Below, piece after piece: positions 53,886 to 64,000 of a DNA stretch of 64,000 bases (the first letter of the stretch is position 1; each line of letters starts with the position of its first letter). This stretch comes from Octopus vulgaris (lineage: Eukaryota). Made by a program: the position numbers and the translations under genes. The notes below the pieces were generated by a model, which had not been told where the DNA came from, ran no database searches, and saw only the letters and a list, made by a program, of their open reading frames with translations. The stretch spans positions 25,544,001 to 25,608,000 of the forward strand of contig OX597816.1 of the NCBI GenBank assembly GCA_951406725.2, written 5' to 3'.

Positions 53886-56319
53886 GGTACGAAGAAACTC
53901 TTCGACGTTTTAATAAAAAAAAAACAATTGAGCATGTCAGATGTAATGCTTATTCATACACATTGTTTTAATTAATCATTTAATATATCGTAACTTAAAG
54001 AGTTTGATGATGTGACTTTTAATTTTAAGAATGATATCCTAGAGTAGGTGTGAACGGCTGGAACTGGCCAATTTGAACATAAAACATGTAGAATATCTGG
54101 ACCTGATATGGCTGCTTTAAATGCTAACGGCCATTTCTGTCAGATCCTTGAAATTAAACCAAAGTTTACCTACAGTTCCTGAGATTAACGAAGGCCACGA
54201 TGCAAGGGTTATTGACAAACAATTAAGAAGATATACCAACATCTGTAAGTATGCAAAAGGAACCGGAACTGTTTTGAAAACTGGAGATCAGAGACTCAAA
54301 GAGAAGTAACTGACAGGTTTTTACCTAACAATGTGAGAGAAATAACTGATTTGACGATGCAAAGGACATTATAGATTTTTAAAACAGGGAGATTACCTAG
54401 CAGGTGTTTATAAAACAACAAAAACTAAAATTTCAGTTTAAAATTTAACGAGATATTGGAAAAAAGTTTTATTGGAAAAAATATTATTAGAAAAATATTG
54501 TAAATCCTTGTTTTTATTATGGTCCATACTGTGTGGAAATTGTTGACAGGTGAGTTTTTTTTTCTAAATGATACTCCACCTGTTCACTGGCCCTTACTTT
54601 CCCAAGTGTCTTTTTCTTTTAGAGATACAGGCTTTCGATTATTTAACCTCTTCACTTATTTACAGCTAAAGCGATTGTTAGAAATTTGTGGATCAACAGT
54701 TATTTGGAGGTGAGAAAATACAACTCAGCACAAAGCTGTCTCAGGTTTGTATGGGTCATGTTGCTTCTTCCTCATATGATAGTCTTCCATTTCTCACCCC
54801 TAATCTCCTTGTCAGCAACCCTAATCAGAGATACTTCAGGATTTTTACGATTCAGTTATTTTCCTTATCTTGTGGTCTCACATTCTCTCCTATTTACTGG
54901 CTGTTCTCATGTCAAATAATTTGACAATGACGACACTAAGCTTTGTTAGAATACCCAAATATTTACAACCGCACTATATATCCATATGTAATTTTAATAA
55001 ATTAATATTGTGCAAGTGGTACATATGAATTGTTTCATTTAATGAATATTTGTTGATTGACAACTAGTTAAGGTCTATACATTTTAGTATTGGTACAGAT
55101 GAAAACAGATATGAGGATAAAAGCATCGATGTATTATTTCTTATTCCAAATATGAAGGGTGATCGTATGGGAAAGATTAACTTCATAAGACAAAAGACCT
55201 CATCCTAGTTTCTAGTGAATGGAAGCTTTATGTTTAAGAGTAATATTTATGTTAGATGGAGGTATTTTGTCTTTTGCCATGCCAGGATTGCAGTATTTCA
55301 GGATATAGACTATAAAGCCTTATTTGGTTTATATTTGGTTTATATATTACATGTGAGGGTAAAATATTCAGTAGACAATATTGAGAACACAATAATGTTT
55401 ATTTCTCTTCGTTCGATTAGGTCGAAGTTTGAGGAAACTCCGATGGAAACCCGAAGTGTCACGATTGTGAAAACCGATCGTAGGAAACGGATATAGAGGC
55501 AAAAGACCAATCGAGCCGTTTAGTATCTGGTTGCCTCTGAAGTTTCACTTAGGGCAGCGGTACCACTCGGAAACGCCTCGCAGTTCTGTTCAGTGAGCAA
55601 GACGTTTGAAGTACCCGGGACGGTGAGGGCCTTGATCTACTACTGCGCTCAGAAAGGGTGAGTTATTATTTTTAAAGTGTCAAAAATATCAGAAAACAAG
55701 AAAATGAACAAGACAAGCGAACCAAAACTCGAAACAACATTGTCAAATGAGGTAAATTTTTATTTTTGGAAATATCGTTACATGTTATTGACATATGCAA
55801 GAAAGAAAATATGACGGGGTTGGTAGATTGACCTCCACGCAGCAAAGAAGATTAAATGTTTCGTCCTGAAAAAGAATTTAAAAAATGTTTAATTATTTAT
55901 TCCAACATACAAACGCTTACAAAACCAGGGACGCCCAGTTTAGTTACACAGCTTGGCAAGTTGTGCCACTTTATCAGAACCCACACTCTTGCAAGCATCT
56001 GCGCCAGATCTTTGGTGTCAGGATATATTCCTTCACCCCTTCCTCTATAATTAGAGCACTTATTAAAGGCAAGGGCATTTTCTCGTTCTTCTTGACATAA
56101 AACAATTTTATGCATTTATTAGACTGTGGAACTTTCTGCGATAGCCGCACGGTTTTCTGAGTTCACGTTTTATAATACAGTATACGCAATTGTGTAGTAT
56201 CAAAGTGAAATACCCATTTACTGGGGTATTCGTCTCTTATTGACGTACTGTGTTAAAACCTCTAAATATAGGAGGGAGATGAAAATTTGCCCCACGACCC
56301 GCTAGCGAGAACGCTATTT

Positions 56320-56356
<37 letters not shown>

Positions 56357-56397
56357 TTCTCCGTCTATATATCTTCCCTTTGGACTTTTTTTTCTAT

Positions 56398-56432
56398 ATT
56401 TCTGACGAAGAGCTCCGCTCGAAACGTAAAAT
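56398..56432 (+). ncRNA. Minimal hammerhead motif in Penelope-like repeat
   Basis: ATTT-CTGACGA-aGAGCtccGCTC-GAAACGTA-AAAT. Confidence 0.6.
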
Positions 56433-56543
<111 letters not shown>

Positions 56544-56554
56544 CATATTGCAGT

Positions 56555-56615
<61 letters not shown>

Positions 56616-56707
56616 TATATATATACTAACCCTTTATTGCTTAGTATTACTTAAATATATTCCTCGAATGAGGCTTTTACATGCCGAAGACTACTTGGTG
56701 TAATTGA

Positions 56708-56757
<50 letters not shown>

Positions 56758-56871
56758 AATATCACCACACACAAACACACACACATATACATTATATACG
56801 GTAAACTTTCTTAGAAGCCTGTGTCAACATTAGCCTCGTACAGTCTCGTTATATAAAATCAGCATTTATAA

Positions 56872-57098
56872 TTAAAATATCTCACCGTAAAAGGTCCACG
56901 GCTCGTTACCGTATAATTCAAAACTATTCCTATTGGTTGGTAGTACTTTGCATATTTGCTTGCTTTCGGAATACTCATCGGCTACGCATTGCTTTATAAC
57001 GCACAATGCAGAGCAATCGGCAAAGGTCTTTACTGCATGATATTCAACCAGTTTGCTGCATTCGGCGACACTTGCTCCTTTAATGATATTTTTAAATC
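56872..57098 (-). CDS. Second gene: probable terminal exon, second PAN/Apple-like domain
   Basis: Acceptor after a T-rich tract, in frame with previous exon; DCSALC..CVADEY..ICKVL..WTFY then TAA at 56872-56874. Confidence 0.78.
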
Positions 57099-57229
57099 CT
57101 TGGAAAAGATTGAAAAAAAAAACATGCATGTGAGATTAGAATGGATGATCACGTGTATGTTTTGAATACTATGTTTCTGCCTCTGTGTGTGTGTGTATGT
57201 ATGTAAATAAAGAAATAATAATAATGATA

Positions 57230-57303
<74 letters not shown>

Positions 57304-58675
57304 GTATCTCTGTATCTCTGTATCTATGTATGTATGTATCTATCTATCTATGTATGTATATATATAAGAATTTTTTGCGTAATAAGATAAAAAATCAAGG
57401 CTGTATAGATATTAGAGTATTTATAGAAAGAAGGTCTTACAGTTGTTTCTATGATATTTATTAATAATATCCCTTCATTGGAAACGGTGTGAGATGGATA
57501 GTTAAGTCATAGTTAGTTTAGATGTGATACAAAATAGAGAGTGAGGTGGAGGAAAGAAAATAGATGTAAGCTATGTAGATGTAAGATATGTAGATGTAAG
57601 AGATGTAAGATATGGGTATTGAAGTTGTAAATCTATTTTATAGGCATAATGGTGTATATGCAATATTCCAATATCCTATGAGTAAAGTCCAAAAGTTCAA
57701 CAGAGTTTAAAATGAGTCCTTCCAAAAACCTCTACAAGACATACACATACAAATACAAAGACACACACACACATATACGCACGCGCAAACACACGCATTA
57801 TATATATATATATATATATATATTCTTCTAGGTTACTGGATTTCGAAGCACACATAAAACTATAAAAAAAAAAACGTGTAAATATTGGGTTGAAACTACT
57901 TGTTTGGATAGAAAATTTCGACGCCTTCGACTTTTCTATTCAGAAGTGTTTTTCAGCCCAATATCTACATGGTCTATTATTTATAGCTTTATGTGTGCTT
58001 CGAGATCTAGTTCGAAAAAAAAAGAATTATGTCATGTTCCCTAAAAATTTTATAGATATATACAACCTCTACAAGACATACACACACATACACATCATCA
58101 TCATCATTGTTCGACCGTGGTCGAGACTAAATTCCATAGTCTTTTCAAATGGCTAATAATGTGTGCGCGCGCCACTACTACACACATCGGAAAGCATTGT
58201 ACAACCAAGTACTAAAGAAGATCTTTCCTCCTCCATGAAACAAAGCTGTTCCCGCTGGACGTCAACCCAGTATTTCTAAGCTACGGACCGAGTGATTTAT
58301 TGTAAGGTTATCTCCCTAGATAGATTGCCTTCACTACGGCTAAGAAGCCCTTTCTACCCCAATGACATACACACATACGCAATGACACACACACACACAT
58401 ACATGCACGCGCGCACACACACGCATTATATATGTGCATGTATGCATGTATGTGCGTAAGTATATAACATACGTACACACACATTATCCAGAAATATGCG
58501 CGAATGAATATCGATAAAGTGGCGTTCGCGTACTTTCAAAAGGTTGTGCAAATGTATTGGTTTTAAACAGGAAGTGAAATAACCTCCCAGTATCGATTTT
58601 TTGCAAACTTACACCTGCTTCTGTCGCTCCTCCTATACTCTCACACAAAAATATATATTTCATAGTATTACTTAC

Positions 58676-58909
58676 CTTTACGTTGATAATAATCTCTGTT
58701 TTTACAATCGATGGATCTCAAAACATTGTTTGAAGCCGCATTTCTAGAGAGTAATTCACAAATTTCGTGTTCGTTGTCATAGTTGAAAGACCGGCATCCT
58801 TTTAATTCCTGGCATTTCTTCGCGCACAAATTAGGGTGTGGAACCACATACGTAAAGATGGGTATCGTATCTAACTTAGCATTCTGCACACGAATGAAAT
58901 CTGTCGACC
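58676..58909 (-). CDS. Second gene: PAN/Apple domain exon
   Basis: 234 nt, phase 1-1, tag/gtaagt; CAKKC..GCRSFNY..ICELLS..DYYQR is the PAN pattern. Confidence 0.88.
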
Positions 58910-59221
58910 CTAAAAATAATAAAATAAACTAAATGTATAAATATTTATAGTTCTATTTCGTCATGTTGGATCGCTGAAAGCTACAAGTTTTTTCCGATCT
59001 CTCTCTGTTTATTTTTTCATTCTCTCTCTGTTGATTTTCTCTTATTCCTTTCTGTTGAAGAGCGTAGACTCGAAACGTAAAAGACATTTTTCATTTTTCC
59101 CGAACGTCAAACTAAAACACTTGCTTGTTGTTCATACACCTGTCTTCGTCGTTTGTTTTTCAATAAATTTCACCTATATAGTTTTATAGTTGACTTAAAC
59201 TTAAAAATTGGTTTGTTTGTA

Positions 59222-59620
59222 GTTGTTGGGGTTTGCGCCGTTGCAGTCCGTACGTTGTTGCATTCTCCATTTGTCGATATATTTCCGAGTTCTTCCGAGC
59301 GACCCCTTTAACAGAGTCTTAGGCGGTCCCCATCTTTGCAAGATACCTCTTCATCTGCCTTGGCCACGTGGCACGTGGTTGACCAACAAGAGCCGTCAAC
59401 CCAGTCAGATCCTCAGTGAAGAGAACACGACAAACAGCGTCTAGCTCAGAAAATCGAACAACATGGCCAAACAGCCTGAATTGGCGCTCCTGAATCATAG
59501 AAATAACAAACACATGCCGGTTTCTCAGTAAAGTCGTTGGTTGGACGCGAAATCCGACCAAAAGTAATCCATAATCTTGCGAAGTGTCCTGGTACCAAAA
59601 GAGTTCAGGCGGCTCGTAAA
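59222..59620 (-). mobile_element. RTE LINE 3' fragment
   Basis: IQERQFRLFGHVVRF..GQPRATWPRQM; (caa)n tail. Confidence 0.7.
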
Positions 59621-60309
59621 GGCTCCAGACTAAGGCCATGCTGGAGCACAACCTGTGTGTGTGTCTTCTATGATCTCGGGCATCCTCCATCCAATTGCGC
59701 TCAAATTTGATATGTCGTCGATACCGACGGTATCAGGGCGTGTATAAGTCTTGAAAAAATTACAAAAATCGATTCCAGGTGAGAATGCGATCGATGAAGC
59801 CGTTTTTGTCCTGCTTTTCTTCCGTGAACCTGTACATAACTGCACCTTCCATTTTTTGTTGTTTTTGTACTGCTTAAAGGCACATATCTTTCCTGCCAAG
59901 CTTACTGTTTCAACCATGTTTGTGTTCTCCCAGTCAGCAGCCTTATCATTACTTTTACTTTAAACTCTTCGGTTGCATATTTGTGTAAATAAAATCGTTT
60001 TTCTTTGAAATAGAAAAAAAAATCTATCTTTATTTCTTCTTTTGCTGGTGTCTCAAATTTAGATTAAATCAGTGTTTCTCAAAGGGGAGGCCTATGGGAC
60101 GGTCGGACAAGTTGTTTTGAGAAAATTTGGTTTAGATGTTTGACAACTCAGCACTGTCCATTGGACGGGGGAGTTTTGCTCGTATATATATATATATATA
60201 TATAAAAGATAAACACTTCTTGAAATATATCTAAACTAATGTTTCTACAAAAATTTCATTATAATCTTTATGAATCTTTATGAAGTTTAACAGAGATTGG
60301 CATACTTAC

Positions 60310-60493
60310 CCAACATTTCACATTTGCCTTTGTAAAATGTGAATCCATCGTCGCAGAAACAGCCACGTTTGCCATCCTTAATTGTACATTGGCTGTTTTC
60401 ACCACAGGGAACTTTCGGTTTCATAATTACTTTCCGACCTTCTTGGCATTCGGTTTTATTTAGACAATCCGAAGAGTAATAACCTTCCAGCAC
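60310..60493 (-). CDS. Second gene, internal exon: TILa/EGF-like Cys-rich module (zonadhesin/FCGBP-like)
   Basis: tag|GTG..TTG G|gtaagt; YYSSDCLNKTECQEG..PCGENSQCTIKDGKRGCFCDDGF resembles modules that follow TIL domains. Confidence 0.8.
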
Positions 60494-60665
60494 CTAAGAC
60501 AAATATTTCCATGACGACAATTATTTTAAAAATGCAATACACATACAGAAATATGTGTACATACATACATTCATACACACACACACGTGTGTGTATATAT
60601 ATATATATACACATATGTGCTCATACATACATACACACCCCACATAGACATATATACAGACACAC

Positions 60666-60699
<34 letters not shown>

Positions 60700-60702
<3 letters not shown>

Positions 60703-60900
60703 GTTCGTCCTTCGGGTTCGAAGATGACTACTGACATCATCTGGTGGAACTGCCGCTGAGACCGGAGGTGGCTGGTGAGGCCAATCCGGGCAAGGAAGCC
60801 CCTCCCACAGGTGGGGCAGAAGTGGGTAGGGGCCGTGCTACTGGTGCAGGCGGCTCTGGCTTTCCGCATCTGGCGTTTCTGCTCTGCTGACATCGCCACA
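60700..60900 (-). mobile_element. RTE LINE 3' end with C-terminal C2H2-like zinc finger
   Basis: AEQKRQMRKAR..CPTCGRGFLARIGLTSHLR then gtcatcttcgaacccgaaggacgaac 3' end. Confidence 0.75.
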
Positions 60901-61095
60901 GGACTTTGTGATGGTGTCATGACGTCATGATGTCGTGAGATGCGCGTGACTTGGATTATAGTGAGGGTGACTTGTGCAGGATCAGCCTCACTCTCTCGTC
61001 CTGGTGCGCCGGATCCAGTGGCAAGACAAAGTCAAGACGGCTGGGGGTAGACCAGGATGCAGGAGCTGCCGGAAGGTGGCACGCATGGCGCAATC

Positions 61096-61131
<36 letters not shown>

Positions 61132-61163
61132 GCACATGTGCTCATACATACATACACACACCC

Positions 61164-61263
61164 NNNNNNNNNNNNNNNNNNNNNNNNNNNNNNNNNNNNN
61201 NNNNNNNNNNNNNNNNNNNNNNNNNNNNNNNNNNNNNNNNNNNNNNNNNNNNNNNNNNNNNNN
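61164..61263. other. Assembly gap (100 N)
   Basis: Run of N. Confidence 1.
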
Positions 61264-64000
61264 TTGCAGAAGGTAAGCCATTTATCCTTATAATTATGCA
61301 ATGTTATATGGTAGTGAAACATGGGCTACAACAAAGAGAGAAGAACAGAGATTGGTAACGGCTCAAAGAGCCATGGAGAGGTCAATGCTTGGAATCTCGT
61401 TGAGAGAGCACATCAGTAGCGAGGTCATCAGAGAGAAGTCCGCATCGTAGAATATACACGCAGCAAGTTTAGATGGGCTGGACACGTCGCCCGGCTCACC
61501 GATAATCGGTAAACCCGCGCAGTTGTCGAGTGGTACCCGCGCGAGCGGTAACGACCACTCGGAAGGCCTCCACGACGGTGGAATTACGACTTCAGGAGGG
61601 CGAATGGGATCATGTGCATGAGAAAGGCGCTATCCAGAGAGGAGTGGACAGCGTGCTGTGACCAGCGGTGTCAAATGGACGCCCGACTGACTGGTCGGTC
61701 AAAGTGATCAAAGTGATTATGGTACGAAGAAACTCTTCGACGTTTTAATAAAAAAACAAAACAATTGAGCATGTCAGATGTAATGCTTATTCATACACAT
61801 TGTTTTAATTAATCATTTAATATATCGTAACTTAAAGAGTTTGATGATGTGACTTTTAATTTTAAGAATGATATCCTAGAGTAGGTGTGAACGGCTGGAA
61901 CTGGCCAATTTGAACATAAAACATGTAGAATATCTGGACCTGATATGGCTGCTTTAAATGCTAACGGCCATTTCTGTCAGATCCTTGAAATTAAACCAAA
62001 GTTTACCTACAGTTCCTGAGATTAACGAAGGCCACGATGCAAGGGTTATTGACAAACAATTAAGAAGATATACCAACATCTGTAAGTATGCAAAAGGAAC
62101 CGGAACTGTTTTGAAAACTGGAGATCAGAGACTCAAAGAGAAGTAACTGACAGGTTTTTACCTAACAATGTGAGAGAAATAACTGATTTGACGATGCAAA
62201 GGACATTATAGATTTTTAAAACAGGGAGATTACCTAGCAGGTGTTTATAAAACAACAAAAACTAAAATTTCAGTTTAAAATTTAACGAGATATTGGAAAA
62301 AAGTTTTATTGGAAAAAATATTATTAGAAAAATATTGTAAATCCTTGTTTTTATTATGGTCCATACTGTGTGGAAATTGTTGACAGGTGAGTTTTTTTTC
62401 TAAATGATACTCCACCTGTTCACTGGCCCTTACTTTCCCAAGTGTCTTTTTCTTTTAGAGATACAGGCTTTCGATTATTTAACCTCTTCACTTATTTACA
62501 GCTAAAGCGATTGTTAGAAATTTGTGGATCAACAGTTATTTGGAGGTGAGAAAATACAACTCAGCACAAAGCTGTCTCAGGTTTGTATGGGTCATGTTGC
62601 TTCTTCCTCATATGATAGTCTTCCATTTCTCACCCCTAATCTCCTTGTCAGCAACCCTAATCAGAGATACTTCAGGATTTTTACGATTCAGTTATTTTCC
62701 TTATCTTGTGGTCTCACATTCTCTCCTATTTACTGGCTGTTCTCATGTCAAATAATTTGACAATGACGACACTAAGCTTTGTTAGAATACCCAAATATTT
62801 ACAACCGCACTATATATCCATATGTAATTTTAATAAATTAATATTGTGCAAGTGGTACATATGAATTGTTTCATTTAATGAATATTTGTTGATTGACAAC
62901 TAGTTAAGGTCTATACATTTTAGTATTGGTACAGATGAAAACAGATATGAGGATAAAAGCATCGATGTATTATTTCTTATTCCAAATATGAAGGGTGATC
63001 GTATGGGAAAGATTAACTTCATAAGACAAAAGACCTCATCCTAGTTTCTAGTGAATGGAAGCTTTATGTTTAAGAGTAATATTTATGTTAGATGGATAGT
63101 ATTTTGTCTTTTGCCATGCCAGGATTGCAGTATTTCAGGATATAGACTATAAAGCCTTATTTGGTTTATATTTGGTTTATATATTACATGTGAGGGTAAA
63201 ATATTCAGTAGACAATATTGAGAACACAATAATGTTTATTTCTCTTCGTTCGATTAGGTCGAAGTTTGAGGAAACTCCGATGGAAACCCGAAGTGTCACG
63301 ATTGTGAAAACCGATCGTAGGAAACGGATATAGAGGCAAAAGACCAATCGAGCCGTTTAGTATCTGGTTGCCTCTGAAGTTTCACTTAGGGCAGCGGTAC
63401 CACTCGGAAACGCCTCGCAGTTCTGTTCAGTGAACAAGACGTTTGAAGTACCCGGGACGGTGAGGGCCTTGATCTACTACTGCGCTCAGAAAGGGTGAGT
63501 TATTATTTTTAAAGTGTCAAAAATATCAGAAAACAAGAAAATGAACAAGACAAGCGAACCAAAACTCGAAACAACATTGTCAAATGAGGTAAATTTTTAT
63601 TTTTGGAAATATCGTTACATGTTATTGACATATGCAAGAAAGAAAATATGACGGGGTTGGTAGATTGACCTCCACGCAGCAAAGAAGATTAAATGTTTCG
63701 TCCTGAAAAAGAATTAAAAAATGTTTAATTATTTATTCCAACATACAAACGCTTACAAAACCAGGGACGCCCAGTTTAGTTACACAGCTTGGCAAGTTGT
63801 GCCACTTTATCAGAACCCATACTCTTGCAAGCATCTGCGCCAGATCTTTGGTGTCAGGATATATTCCTTCACCCCTTCCTCTATAATTAGAGCACTTATT
63901 AAAGGCAAGGGCATTTTCTCGTTCTTCTTGACATAAAACAATTTTATGCATTTATTAGACTGTGGAACTTTCTGCGATAGCCGCACGGTTTTCTGAGTTC
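61264..64000 (+). repeat. Near-identical duplicate of 53429-56164
   Basis: Colinear over ~2.7 kb with only a handful of substitutions or 1-nt indels. Confidence 0.97.

Noticed and set aside
60750-60830. Host C2H2 zinc-finger gene
   Set aside because: Single finger in the typical RTE ORF C-terminal context with a retroelement 3' end, embedded in (TA)n

Overview
This is eukaryotic, AT- and microsatellite-rich genomic DNA. Its SINE and microsatellite landscape looks like an octopus (coleoid cephalopod) genome; that is an inference. The window is dominated by one large minus-strand, intron-rich gene for a secreted extracellular-matrix protein. It runs from a signal-peptide exon at 51549-51624 through vWA1, 7 EGF, vWA2, 1 EGF, vWA3, an ~18 kb intron, vWA4 and 5 more intact EGF exons, and continues past position 1. 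About 1270 codons are visible, and every internal exon is phase 1-1. One extra EGF copy at 3785-3892 is decayed. Upstream lie the last three visible exons of a second minus-strand gene (TILa/EGF-like module plus two PAN/Apple domains, 56872-60493). These are followed by a 100-N gap and a near-identical second copy of 53429-56164. The introns hold three tRNA-derived SINE families (one inserting as TSD-bounded tandem multimers), Tc1/mariner/maT remnants and MITEs, LINE fragments (RTE, CR1/L2-like, R4/Dong-like) and a Helitron-like element. They also hold about ten hammerhead-ribozyme motifs of several distinct families, probably Penelope-like pseudo-LTR remnants. Most ORFs in the supplied track are microsatellite artefacts.
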